Source of the DNA: Eledone cirrhosa
Lineage: Eukaryota
Reading direction: 5' to 3'
NCBI GenBank assembly: GCA_964016885.1
Contig: OZ024746.1
Span: 16,368,001-16,432,000, forward strand
DNA: 64,000 nucleotides
Position 1 is the first letter of the stretch; every line of letters begins with the position of its first letter. The position numbers and the translations under genes were made by a program. The notes under the pieces were generated by a model. The model made no database searches, was not told where the DNA came from, and saw nothing but the letters and a program-made list of their open reading frames with translations. Shown piece by piece: positions 50,527-63,539 of this stretch.

Positions 50527-51237
50527 TTAATAATAATTTGTTAATGGTTGCTATGCCTACACAACTTCTTGTGCTACTATAGCTATAACTACTACTGCTG
50601 CAACTATAACTATACTACCACTATAACCACTGTTACAACTACCACCACAACTACTGTTACAACTACCACCACAACAACCACTGTTACAACTACCACAACG
50701 ACAACTATTTCAACTACTACAATAACCAATATTACAACTACTACAATAACCAATATTACAACTACCACAACAACCACTATTGCCACTACCACAATAACCA
50801 ATATTACAACTACTACTACAACCACTATTGCCACTACTACAATAACCAATATTACAACTACTACTACAACCACACCATTAATCACTCACTACCGCCATAC
50901 TACCATTACAACCACTACACAACTGGTTGTTATAATATTGCAGTATTTAGTGCTTTATATATAACAGTACCAAGATGTTGTGAGGCAGTAATTGTTGTGA
51001 ATCAATACAAAGTTGTTGTGAGGCAGTACCAAGTTATGTGAGGCAGTACGAAGATGTTGTGAGGCAGTAATTGTTGTGAATCAGTACAAAGTTGTTGTGA
51101 GGCAGTAGTTGTTGTGAGGCAGTACCAAGTTGTTGTGAGGCAGTACCAAGATTTTGTGAGGCAGTAATTGTTGTGAGGCAGTACCAAGTTGTTGTGAGGC
51201 AGCAACCAGTTGTTGTGTTTCTGTAATTTAAAAAAAT

Positions 51238-51243
51238 AATAAA
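51238..51243 (+). promoter_or_regulatory. Candidate polyadenylation signal of gene 1
   Basis: AATAAA about 710 nt after the stop, followed by a T/GT-rich tract (ttgtgaattttattgtattt). Confidence 0.4.
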
Positions 51244-51299
51244 TTAAATTCGAAACTAAACACTATATAGTTGTGAATTTTATTGTATTTATATTTCTG

Positions 51300-52015
51300 A
51301 GTTGGTGCCATCTTAAGAACTACCCAATCCACCCTGTAAGGTGGAAGTGCTGGTGCCATAATAAAAAAATATCCAGTCCACCTTGTAAAGTGGTACTATT
51401 GGTGCCGTGATAAAGAAGTATCCTGTCCATCCTGTAAGGTGGTAGTGCTGGTGCCATGATAAAAAATACCCAGTCTACCCTGTAAACTGATAGTGTGGAA
51501 CCCTGATAAAATACAACCACAACAAAAAAGTATGCAGTCGACCCTGTGAGGTGGTAGTGCTGGTGCCATGATAAATAAGTACTCAGTCAATCCTTTAAGA
51601 TGGTAGAGCTAGTACCAAAACAAAAAAAACACCCAGTCCACCTTGTAAAGTGGTACTGCTGGTGCCATGATAAAGAATAGTCAGTCAATCCTGTAAGGTG
51701 GTAGAGCTAGTACCACAACAAAAAAGTACCCAGTCAACCTTGTAAAGGGTGCCATGATAAAGAAGTACCCAGTTCACCCTGTAAGGTAGTAGTACTAGTG
51801 CCATGATAAAATACTCCCAGTCCACCCTGTAAGGGTGGTAGTGCTGGTGTCATGATAAAAAGTACCCAGTCAACGCTGTAAAGTAGTAGTGCTGGTGTCA
51901 TGATAAAGAAGTATCCTGTCCACCCGGTAAGGTGGTAGAACTAGTACCATGATAAAAAAAACTCTTATTACATGCTGTAGAGTAGTTGGCTTTAGGTAGA
52001 GCATCCAGCCATACA
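51300..52015 (+). repeat. Degenerate tandem array (about 50 bp) of the SINE-tail segment
   Basis: acccagtccaccctgtaaggtggtagtgctggtgccatgataaaa repeated more than 10 times, ending in gcatccagcc. Confidence 0.75.
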
Positions 52016-52464
52016 AATCACACCAAAATGGAATGTATAAGCATGTGACAAAAAGAAAAAGCAATTCTCCATCTGTGTAAATATAATATTATGTAAAATA
52101 ACATTGACATGAATATATAGAAATAAGAGAAGTATTACAGCAACAACAACAACAGAAACTGCAGCAACACCAACAAAAGTGTCTGTATGTATGTGAGTTA
52201 CGTGTGTACATACTTGCATCTATATTTACATTTAAATACTTATACATATATATGAGTACGTATGTATGTATGTATAAATGTGTGTGTGTGTAGTAAAATA
52301 GTGGTGGCTGTGAAAATGGAGAAAGGCAAAACAGTGCTCAATCTGGTGTGAGAGCTGATACATTATATTATTTATTTATGTGCCATGTATGAACATAAAT
52401 AAATATAATATATATGGGTGTGTGTATGTGTGTATATGTGTTTATATGTGTGTATGTAGGTATG

Positions 52465-52499
<35 letters not shown>

Positions 52500-53164
52500 G
52501 GAGGATGTCTATATATATTTGCATACATGCATTATATACACACATATATACATATATATGATATTATCATTAGGTAATATTAGTAACAATTTGGGTGGTG
52601 AAGTCTGGTGGGGGTGGCAGACCAGGTTATAACACCTGCTGTTAAAAAAGATACTCCACTCACCTCCACCCTCCCCAACTAAACCCTATTAAGAAGTATT
52701 GACAGTATGTCCTCCTCCCACCACATCCCATCTCACCTCCCAGTGTTGAATAATAATGAGAATGAGGTGGGGTGTAGCTGTGGATTACCCTCTAATGCGT
52801 CAACTTGACCCCCCCCCTAACCCCCCGCCTCATCCCACCCTATAGTAATTAGTACATACTTTGCTGTCTTGTAACCCCTAATACGACCCCAGTCCCACTC
52901 CACCCAGCCTCACTCCACCTCAGCCTCACTCTACCCAGCCCCATTCCACCCCTGCTCCACTCCACCCCATCCCCACTCCACCCCTGCCTGTGTTTTTGTT
53001 TCTCTCCAAGCATGACATCTGTGTGCTTCAACATCACATGAAGACATGCCATCTACAGGATGATGTTTCACACAGCTTAGCACAGCAAAGCATGTGTGTG
53101 TGAGGGTAGTGGTAGATGTGAGAGTTTGGGGTGGTGCTAATGTGTGTGGAGATGGGGGAGCAAC

Positions 53165-53400
53165 GGTGGTACTAAAGTTTCGTCCCTGGAGTGTGATAAT
53201 TAAGGGTGGTGCTAGGGTTTGGTCCCTGGAGTGTGATAATTAAGGGTGGTGCTAGGGTTTGGTCCCTGGAGTGTGATAATTAAGGGGGGGTGCTAGGGTT
53301 TGGTCCCTGAGGTGTGAGAGTTATGGGTGGTGCTAAGGTTTGGTCCCTGGGGTGTTACAGTTAAGGGTGGTGCTAGGGTTTGGTCCCTGAGGTGTGAGAG
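53165..53400. repeat. About 39-bp tandem repeat, about 6 copies
   Basis: agggtttggtccctggagtgtgataattaagggtggtgct. Confidence 0.85.
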
Positions 53401-53609
53401 TGTGCCACCATCAACACCACTGCTACCACCACTGCCACCACCATCACCACCACTATACATCTACCAGCACTGCTTTTGAACTTATCAATTCTAGAATAAA
53501 TAAAACACTCACACATACTCACAGATACATTCACACACCACGCACAGAGAAACACACACAACACGTGCGCAAACATACACGCATACACACACACAAGATA
53601 CACCAAACA

Positions 53610-54190
53610 GAAACAACAGTAACCACATTAATACAACAAACACAGCAATAATAACAATGACTATATCAATATAACACAAACACAACAGTAACAACAACAA
53701 CCACATCAATACAACAGTAACAACAACAACCACATCAATACAACAGTAACAACAACAACATCAATATAACACAAACACAACAGTAACAACAACAACCACA
53801 CCAATACAGCAGTAACAACAACAACCACATCAATACAACAGTAACAACAACAACCACATCAATACAACAGTAACAACAACAACCACATCAATACAACAGT
53901 AACAACAACAACCACATCAATACAACAGTAACAACAACAACCACATCAATACAACAGTAACAACAACAACCACATCATTACAACAGTAACAACAACAACT
54001 CCATCAATACAACAGTAACAACAACAACAACCACACCAATACAGCAGCAACAACAACAACCACACCAATACAGCAATAACAACAACAACCACACCAATAC
54101 AGCAGTAACAACAACAACCACACCAATACAGCAGTAACAACAACAACCACACCAATACAGCAGTAACAACAACAACTACATCAATACAAT
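53610..54190. repeat. About 29-bp AAC-rich tandem repeat
   Basis: aacaacaacaaccacatcaatacaacagt. Confidence 0.88.
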
Positions 54191-55482
54191 TGTTCTTTTT
54201 GAAGAAATTGGATCTTTGAAATCTTCCATTTCTCGGTCACGGTACAATTGACAGATTGTATTGAAATTAGACAATCCTGCCTGTAATAGAGAAAGTCTTT
54301 GAGAAGACTTCCTTCATCTTCTTGTCACTTATTGATCTTCACCGTAATACTACAGCTACTACTGCTACTTCCATAACATGTCCATGAAATCTTGTTAAAG
54401 GAAATATGTCCAGAACAACCAAACAACCTAACTTCTTTATTCAACAAATCCTGAGTTATTCCTCGCCGATAGTTTACAAATGGATCTCTGTTTAACAAGA
54501 TGAAAAGAAATTGTCTTAGGAAGAATAATGTCCAAAAACCTGATACATCTTTTATCTTATAGATTAAATTGTGTGTTAAGCAGCTGAGCTATATGATAAA
54601 GTTACATCTGTGTATATACAGTATATAGATAACTGAGATTGTGTGTATGCCTATATAAATTTACACATGATGTATTTAGGCATGGAAACATACCAAATTT
54701 AAATACATATAAACATGAGAAAACTCATTGCTAGAACAGCTGTTAAAACAGCTAAATGCTATCAAAGACAGTGATAGGCAAAAATGCCTTAGAGGACAGA
54801 GACCAGCGGTCAACAGAGAGACAATCCACAAGGTGGGTGACAGGCAGATGAAATATAATGTCTCATAGGACAGAGGCCAGCGGTCAACAGAGAGACAATC
54901 CACAAGGTGGGTGACAGGCAGATGAAATATAGAAAATATTGAAAGAGGTGGAGGAGGACAAGGAGAAGTGGGTTGGCACACAGAAGTGACCGGAAGAAGG
55001 AAATAAAGAAAGATGATGTAGAAGACAAATTTAAGTATTTCACTGTAAATTAAAAACATGATAAATATTTTGAGTTGATTTTTTAAACATTTTTGGGCTT
55101 CTCACCTGAAGACATGTACATCATCTAAACAACCACAAGAAAATATATAACTGAGGAGTTTATATACCCTGTCACCGACAGTAGTATTTTGAAATGGATG
55201 CACTAATTTGCATATTATCAACACTCATGTTGGTAGTTACTTAATCTGTTACCCAGTTTAACACTACCCATCTGGTCTTTAAGCGATAGGCTTAATCTGT
55301 CACCCAGTTTAACACCACCACCTGATCCTTGAGTGGTAAACTTAGTCTGTCATCCAGTTTAACACCACCATATACTATATATATACATGTGTGTGTCTGA
55401 TATATATATGTATGTGTGTGTGTGTGTGTGTGTGCATATGTTTATCTGTGCATATGTTTATATGTTTGCATACATATGTGTT

Positions 55483-56345
55483 CTGTATGGCATTCCACAG
55501 AGTTTCATAACCATCTTCAAAGGCCTGTATGCTAACTCAAGCTGTTGCATGAGAACAAAATCTGGTACTACAGAGTTCTTTGACATCCTCTCTCCCTGAA
55601 GACAGGACAAACCTGCAGATGCTAACAACCTCCCTGCATCTGAATACCAAGAAGATCGAGTTATGAGTCAACATCCAAAAGACCAAGGTTATGAAGTGGG
55701 AAGCAACCCCAGCCAGGCAGCTGCACTTAAGGTGAACCAACAGAAGTTGGATCAGGTCAACTACTTACTGTACTTTGGCATCCTGAGCAACAGTGGTGAC
55801 ATTGAGCAGGAAATCAACTGCAGGATTGGAAAGGTGACTATGGTGTTCCAGTGGATGCACTTGATTTGGTCAAACACAGACATCAACATGTACATCAAGG
55901 TACACTTGTACACCAATACATATGCTGCCCACGGCCACCTACAACTGCAAAATGTAGAAATGTACTGCCAAGACAGATAGGCATCTAAACACTTTCTATC
56001 TAAAGTGCCTGCGTGAAATTCTAAAGGTCATCTAGCGAGATTGGGTTAGGAATGAAGAGATCCTGTAGAGAGCAGGGTCACATACACCAGGGGAGATCGT
56101 CACGGAGTGTTGGTTCCATTTTGCAGGTCACATTCTACACCTCCCAGAACATCACCCGTCCAAAACAACAATGACATGGACTTCCCCAGAAGGCAAGCGG
56201 AAAAGAGGACAACTGAAGATGACCTGGTGGTGGACATTCCAAAGCATCCTACGAACAGTCAACATCACCTGGCACGGATGTCTACAAGCTGCCACTGACC
56301 GACAGCGTTGGAGACGATTGGTTGACTTATGTTCCCAATGGAACG
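55483..56345 (+). mobile_element. Degenerate RTE-clade LINE RT fragment
   Basis: YGIPQSFITIFKGLY...; YFGILSNSGDIEQEINCRIGK; MTWTSPEGKRKRGQLKMTW...ATDRQRWRRLV; broken by stops and frameshifts. Confidence 0.82.
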
Positions 56346-56402
56346 TGACAGATCTATATATATATATATATGTGTGTGTGTGCTAAATATGTCTCTTTGT
56401 TT

Positions 56403-56439
<37 letters not shown>

Positions 56440-58227
56440 TGTATAATATCATCATCATCATCACCGCCGTTTAACGTCCATGTTTCCATGCTAGCATGGG
56501 TTAGACGAATTATCCAGATGTGGGCCAAGCCAGAGCAGATGACCGTGTGTCCGTTATATATATGTCTGTCTATTATATGTATGCGTGCCTGTGTATATAT
56601 GTGTATCTGTTGTACATATGTGTGCATGTGTACATATATGTTTGCAGGTGTATATATGTCTGTGGTTGTATGTGTATTGTGCATGCTTCATACATGACCT
56701 GAATTATTTCATAACATGACAATCCGTCTAACTCATGCAAGCGTGGAAAATAGACGTTAAACGGTGATAATAATGTTGGGGATGATTCATGTAGGCATTT
56801 TTAATTTAGACGAAATATTAGTTCATCCTATAGTTCATGCTGTCTTATGATTGAGACCCCACGACATGCCGTATAACGAGTTAAAACATTAGACGTTTAA
56901 TCAAACATCACAATTAAATTAATAAACCTACAAGTTAACAATAAAAAAAATTATACAAGGGAAGTAACTGTTACAAAAGGAAAGGAGTTATCTTTCTTGG
57001 CTGTTTAAAATTCGCTTGACCGACCTCTTCTTTTTCGTACCGGTGGCCATCGAGATCTGAGATGTCTCCTGTCCCCGCACTGCTGATTTCCTTTTAAAAT
57101 CGGAGAGACAAGATGTTGCAGCGGGTGACACTTGCAATTCTCCACGGCAGTATCTTCGCTATTTTGTCCGCGGGATGTAACTGAACACCGTTCTGACTGG
57201 AGTATAGAGTCTGTCGTTCTTTCCCCTTCTCCCTTACTTTCGTTGCTTAAAACCTTTTTACTTACTCCTTTCCTTTCCTTTTTCGTTTACTTATTACCAT
57301 GTATATTGTACAGTTTTATATTACATTTTGTCTTTATTCTTTGCAGCAGACTTCAGTTTAAAGCTATATGGGAACCCTTAATAAAAAGAAAAATTAATTG
57401 TTATTCCAATAATTCCTGCAAAAATTAAAATTTTGCAATTGTTGTACATTTAACAGCAAATCCACATGTTTCAAATTGAATAATAGTAACCGAGCAGAGA
57501 AAGCAAGCAGTAATAAAAATAAGTATTCTGTGGAAAAAGAATGAGTTGTGACGGATTTATTTTTTTAAGAAGCGGAAGTCGCGATTTTAAAAGTTTGTTA
57601 AGTTCTGGTTTATAGTATTTCTCTAACCTCTAGAGGTTAGAATTTGTTAAAGTTTTAAAATGGTTGAATATATCGCATTCTTCATTATTAAGTTACACAG
57701 CCTAATCGCACAACCGTGAACTGGTTACAACACCTGGGGGACCTCACATAATTGAAGCTGTCTCGCTCATACGTAAGAAGAACATCCAGGAGTCCACTGT
57801 GGGTTGTGGCTGTTTCAATTATAAATAAATCACAACGAAGTTCACCCAAAACACACACGAACAGCCCCACACAATGCTAGACTTACCTAACTGTTCAATA
57901 AGCTATATCTTAGAGCCATATACCCTCGGGGTTTCATTTTTTTTAAATATATATTTTTATTTTAGTTAAAAGGAACATTTTGTAACTAATTTAATCAATA
58001 ATAATCATGTATAATTATTTTAAGTTTTTTACTCGAATTTTTAAAGGGTCTCGGCAGGTGAAAGACTGGCCCTTAATACAATATTCATTAAAACGAATAC
58101 ACACACACACATAAAATGCGTAAACGCACAAAACACGTACACATGAACGCACACATAGATACACACACTATATTCTACCTGTTACTCTCCCTCCATCTAC
58201 ACCCTACACCTAATTGAACGGTGTACC

Positions 58228-58241
58228 GTCTCCAAGGTAAC
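58228..58241. promoter_or_regulatory. RFX X-box motif
   Basis: GTCTCCAAGGTAAC fits the 14-bp X-box consensus (GTYNCC-N2-RGYAAC), 42 nt upstream of the gene 2 ATG. Confidence 0.7.
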
Positions 58242-58283
58242 CAGACAAGCATTTAGAGACACAAGACTAACACATTCGCGAAC

Positions 58284-58286
58284 ATG
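58284..58286 (+). CDS. DNAI7: Gene 2 exon 1 coding part (ATG only)
   Basis: gcgaacATG|gtgagt; A at -3, consensus donor, phase 0 matches the next exon. Confidence 0.7.
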
Positions 58287-61200
58287 GTGAGTTATCGTCG
58301 TCCTAAACATATTTATTCTGAATTTATTTTACCAACTTCATCCTTCAGTTATGTTTCATTTATTTACCTTGTTATTTTGTCATTGTTTATTTTATAGCTC
58401 TACTTCAAATATACTCTTGAAAACATTGATATACACCTATATATATATGTGTGTGTGTGTATATATATATATATATGTGTATATATATCAGAATGAAGCC
58501 GGTAAAAACCAGTTGGACCATTACTCACTAGAGTATTCGATACTCGGGATAGTAGAGTGGGTTATATGAAAAAATTCAGGACCCCCGACGAGTGGGCCCC
58601 GGCTGTTTCAACAGTTTGAATCTAGCTGTCGAAACAGGGTCCTGAATTCTTTCATATATATAGTCATTTCTATATGAAAAAAATATGTATCTTTACGAAT
58701 GTATTGAGTACCTTATGTAACTGCGGTTCCCTTCCATTCCTCTTCGAGAAAACCAATCTTTATATATATATATCATCATTATCATCACCGTTTTACGTCC
58801 GTTCTTCCACGCTAGCATGGGTTAGATGGGTTGACCGGATGCGGGCAGTGTCCGGTCGTCTGACCTTGTCTTGCTCGTACAGGAACTGATTCTGGCTTGA
58901 TTTCTACAGCTGGATGCCCTTCCTAACACCAACCTCATTTACAGTGAGTGCTGGCTGTTTTTTTTCCGTGGCGCCTACACGTCCACTTTACAGTGTGGGC
59001 CTGGGTGCTTTTTTGCCGTGGCACCTCCACGACCACTTTGCAGTGGAATGATAGGGACTCCAGTCCCTATCATCTAATTTCTACAGCTGAGTAAACTGGA
59101 GCAATGTGAAATAAAGTGTCTTGCTCAAGGAAACAACACATCACCTGGTCTGAGAAGAAAACCTGCCAGATAGCCCTATATGAGCAAGACACGGTACCTC
59201 GCTCATATAGAACTATCTGGCAGGTTTTCTACGGCTGGATGCCCTTCCTAACACCAACCACATTTACAGTGTGGAACTGGGAACTTTTTACCATGTTACC
59301 TACACAAAAAAATGTTTTTAATGCTTCTCTTTAAATGGAAATACGTGAAGCTGGCCTCTTTAGATGTCTAAGTCTTGGTTACTTCTGTACTTACTGTTTA
59401 TATACAGATATAAATATATTGTATACTTAGGGTGCTTAGTAAACAACTAATGTATGTATATGTGTGCGCGTGTGTGTGTGTGTCATCACCATCATTCTTA
59501 CGTCCGTTTTTCCAAGGTTGCATGAGTTGAGTCCTCCTAGCACCACCTCTCCACTCGTGATCCTTTGTCATCTCATCTGTGAGCCTTAGTGTTTTGAGGT
59601 CGGCTCTCACAACCTTTGTCCAGCTCTTTCTTGGTCGTCTTCTATTGCAGCTTCTTTTCTTCCACTGGCATTTTCTGGCACTTCTTCACCCAGCAAACAT
59701 TGTCCATGCGCATTACATCTCCATACCAATGCAGTCTTCTCTCCTGCACCCCATCTCACATTCCTCTTAAACCCAGCTACTCCTTCAACTTGTCCAAGCT
59801 CTGCCTCTCTCTCACACTTACATTACACATCCAACAGAACATGGTTGCTTCATTTCTCTCCAGTCTACGCATGTCCTCTGCAGTCACAGCCCATGTTTCA
59901 CTACCATCCAGCATTGCAACTTCACACACAGCCATCATACAGTCATCCTTTTGTACATATGGAGAAACCTTTTGTGGTCAATAGTGGGAGTAGTTCTCTA
60001 AACTTTTTCCATCCTATCCTTATTCTAGCTATTATGCTCTCAGAACACCCTCCTCCATTGCTAATTACATCGCCTAGATAGAAGAAGCTATCAACCACTT
60101 CTATGGGTCCTTCCTGTGACTGGAATAGGTTTATGTCACTAGCTCTCATCCCCTCGGTTACCCCTGTGCATCTTCTACAAACAGTCTTTCCTTCCTGTTA
60201 GTCTACCCGTTATTCCACTACATCTCTTGTGTACACAACATTTACATTGTATAGAGTTTATGCCTACTCCCTTTCTACATATTGAGCAGGGCCACTTCCC
60301 TGCAGGAATCAGGATCCTATCTTCTCTTCTACTCACTAACACTTTAGTTTTGGCAAAGTTTACTCTCAGGCCTTATGATTCTAAATTCTGTTTCCATAGT
60401 CAGAACTTATTTTCTGGTTCTTTAATGGATTCAGCTACATAAACCAGATCATCTGCATAGAGAAGTTCCCATGGGCAGCCAATCTTAAACTGGAGAACTA
60501 TAATGAATATATATACTTTATATTGTATGTGTCCCAGCTAACCCATGAAGTGTATGTATCTGTATACTGATGTCTAATCCTGTCCATTAAATATCTTTCA
60601 TATTGTAGTTCTTTATGTTTAGTTTGGAATAATACCATTCCTAATTCTATTAATGTTTCAAGAACCTCATAAGTGTGTTTGTATGTTTGCTCCAACCCAT
60701 GAAGCATTTCCCAGCTGACATAAAATTATGCAATTGATGTATGTGTGCTTGTGTGTATATTTAAATAGCAAGAGAGAGAGAGACATGAGAGTATCTAGCT
60801 CCCAGAGAGTAGAGACTATTGTAGTAGCAGTAGAAGAAACAGAAAGAGAAGACAGGCCAATTCTTTGAGCGAGAGACTGGAGAATGTCAGAGAGTATAGA
60901 TACAGGTTATGATGGGGGTAACTGATTGATTTTTATATCGATCAATATACTGATGTATCTGAATTTTTTTAACAGGGTTTGAAAAAGAAAGTGAAGAAGA
61001 AAGAAAAGGGTGATGCTGGAAAAGAAAAAGAAGAACCTGAGAAGAAAACCAATGAAGAAGGTTAAAAAATAAAATTAGTTATTATCATCATCACAACATC
61101 TCTCCACCCTTCTCAGTTCCTTTTTAGCTCAGCTGTGAGGTTCAGTGATCTGGGTCAACTCTCACAACCTCTACCCAGGTCTTCCTTGGTCTCTCTCTAC

Positions 61201-63539
61201 TGTAGCTCATTATTATTTTATCGACCCCGTGAGGATGAAAGACAAAGGTCACCTTCAAATCCCGCCGAGGAGAGCTTTGCTTTTCATCCTTACGGGGTTG
61301 ATAAAATAAAAGTACCAATAGCATCCTGGGATCGATTTAATTGACTTTCCCCTTTTACCAAAATTATTATCCTTGTGCTTATAGTAGAAATCATTATTAT
61401 TTCAAAATGAAAGACAAATTTCTTTGCAATATTTGTTCCAGCTCTTTAAATTTTAAGTTGAAATCCCACCAAGGTGAACTTTGCGTTTCATCCTGCCAAA
61501 GTCAATAAAATGAAATACCAGTTATATACTGGGGTTGATATAATAAACTTTCCTTCCCCCAAATTGCTGACGTTTCAGGAATGATTAATATTCTAATTAA
61601 TTGATATTGCTAAACCTATACCCCACTTGATCAATTCACTCCTGAACTTACCTAGCGAATGTCTTCACTAGTTAATCTTTACACACTGTAGAGTGGTCGT
61701 GTAGGTGTAATGACAAAAAGCACCCAGCCCACACTGTAAAGTGGTCATGTAGGTATCTCAACAAAAGGCACCCAGTACTCACTATAAATGTGGTTGGCAT
61801 TACGAAGGGGATCCAGCTGCAGAAACCAAACCAGAAACAGTTGTGTATGAGCAAGGCATGGTTACGTGATCTGATTTGTCTCGTCTCACAACAGGACAAC
61901 TCGTCTAACCCATACTAGCGTGGAAAAATGGACGTTAAATGGTGATGGTGATATAATATTCTAATTATTAGTCTTTTGTGTCAATATCAAATCTAAAGCA
62001 AGGTGGCTGGATTGGCAGAATTAGTAGAGTGTCACAGTAAATGTTTAGTGTTATTTAAATCTTAATGTCCTGTACCACATGGAATTGCATTATTTGCAAG
62101 ATATTCTTGAAAAGTATAGAACAACATGGTCACTGCATCACATTAAAAATTAAAGCTTGGGCAGAGCTAATCTAGGGTTATATAACAACTGCAACAGCAT
62201 CTTCTACCACAAATATAACCAGCAGCTACAAAATCCTTTCTACCATTGAATAACTTTCACATAATCAGAACTACTACCATGTCTCACACAGCCATAACCA
62301 CTACCATCACATATGTCACATGACCACAACCACTACATCTCTCACTTAACCACTACCACTACCATCACATATGTCACATGACCACAACCACTACATCTCT
62401 CACTTAACCACTACCACTACCATCACATATGTCACATGACCACAACCACTACATCTCTCACTTAACCACTACCACTACCATCACATATCTTGATCCTTAT
62501 TTTTTAATGTTTTTTATCAGAAGAAAAATTGAGAATCCTGGCAGAGAAAGAAGAAGCTGAACGTCGCAAAATGGAAAAACTGATGATAATTGAACGGAAA
62601 CAACAAGAACTTAGAGTAAGTTGTATTATAATAGAGAGGAAGTGGATTGGCAGTAAGGTAGAGGGTCAAACACCATTCTGAGTTCAAATTCCACTGAGAT
62701 TAACTTTGCCTTTCATCCTTACGTGGTCGATAAAATAAAGTACCAGTAATGCACTGGGTAATTGCTGGCCTTATGCCAAAAGTAGAAACAATTATAATAG
62801 AGAGGAAGAGTATGTAGGATTTTACAACTTTTTACCTGAGAGCAATGGAATGAATTGATGAAATACTGGACTGCTTAAATTATTTTCAGATACATAGATG
62901 TGAATATTTTTTGGGGCAAAGGATTTATATATATCTAGGTACTACCTCTTTTGATCATATTTCTGTTGGTTGGCAGACCCTCTCTGTCAGTTTTGACAAT
63001 GAGTGTTCCAGCATGACACAGTGAGACAGAGTGTTAGCCCTTCATCTAAATATAGATGTGTAATACCTTTGAATTTTTTTCCAACTGAGTAGACAAGAGC
63101 AACAAGAAATAAAGTGTTTTGGTCAAGGACACGAGGCAATACTAGAAATCAAACACACAGTACTGGTGCCATGACAAAAGCACCCAGTCCACCCTGAGCG
63201 GCAATAGTGATGGTGCCCCAACAAAAATCTCTCAGTACATGTTATAAAGTGGTTGGCATTAGGAAGGGCATTCAGCCTTAGAAACCAAGCCAAAAACAAA
63301 TCTGTATAAGCAAGATGTGGTCACCTGACCTGACTAGCCTCTAACCAATGCAAGCATAGAAAATGGTTGTTAAACAGTAATGATAATATTATCATATATA
63401 TATATATGTGTGTGCTTATTTTTTATGTTATAAGGAAAGAAAACAACGAGTGCAGGAAATTCGGGAAATTGAAGAAATTATGATGGAAGACAAAAGATAT
63501 TTCAAAACTTTATTTGCCGAAACCAAAATAATGAATAGA
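58284..63539 (+). CDS. DNAI7: Gene 2 (3'-partial): dynein axonemal intermediate chain 7 / CASC1-like N-terminus. join(58284-58286,60976-61060,62521-62615,63435-63539)
   Basis: Spliced product MGLKKKVKKKEKGDAGKEKEEPEKKTNEEEEKLRILAEKEEAERRKMEKLMIIERKQQELRERKQRVQEIREIEEIMMEDKRYFKTLFAETKIMNR. Phases are compatible (0,1,0,0). It resembles my recollection of the CASC1/DNAI7 N-terminus (MG-x-K-rich, E/K/R coiled coil, ...ETK..W). An upstream X-box supports a ciliary gene. The diagnostic CDG-x-PDP motif would lie beyond the window. Confidence 0.68.
58773..59156 (-). mobile_element. SINE family A, 5'-truncated
   Basis: Reverse complement of the family A core and tail. Confidence 0.82.
59483..60495 (-). 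mobile_element. Degenerate RTE-clade LINE 3' fragment
   Basis: Minus strand GCPWELLYADDL...; VVDSFFYLGDVISNGGGCSESIIARIRIGWKKFRELLPLL; tail ggaaaaacggacgtaagaatgatggtgatg. Confidence 0.85.
60976..61060 (+). CDS. DNAI7: Gene 2 exon 2
   Basis: tttttttaacag|GG..GAAG|gttaaa; GLKKKVKKKEKGDAGKEKEEPEKKTNEE. Confidence 0.78.
62521..62615 (+). CDS. DNAI7: Gene 2 exon 3
   Basis: tttttatcag|AA..TAGA|gtaagt; EEKLRILAEKEEAERRKMEKLMIIERKQQELR. Confidence 0.82.
62642..62793 (+). mobile_element. SINE family B
   Basis: Family B head and core; further copies at about 19165, 28778, 30915(-), 33300, 50190, 61255, 61420 and 63912. Confidence 0.82.
63435..63539 (+). CDS. DNAI7: Gene 2 exon 4
   Basis: ttataag|GA..TAGA|gtttgt; ERKQRVQEIREIEEIMMEDKRYFKTLFAETKIMNR. 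Confidence 0.78.

Larger units (their letters stand above)
56850..58310. promoter_or_regulatory. CpG-retaining, repeat-poor promoter region, possibly bidirectional
   Basis: Visibly higher CpG density than the rest of the window; ETS-like CGGAAGT at about 57573; X-box; minus-strand donor sites. Confidence 0.5.

Noticed and set aside
50548-50964. Thr-rich mucin-like C-terminal extension of gene 1
   Set aside because: In the same frame but separated by two TAA stops (50524, 50542); an (ACT/ACA)n repeat in the 3' UTR
57005-57235. GC-rich segment as snRNA/7SK/RNase MRP or a 5'TOP ribosomal-protein exon
   Set aside because: No convincing match to conserved motifs I can recall; the short ORFs are unrecognisable and the roughly 94-codon minus-strand open frame lacks an ATG; an Rfam search is needed
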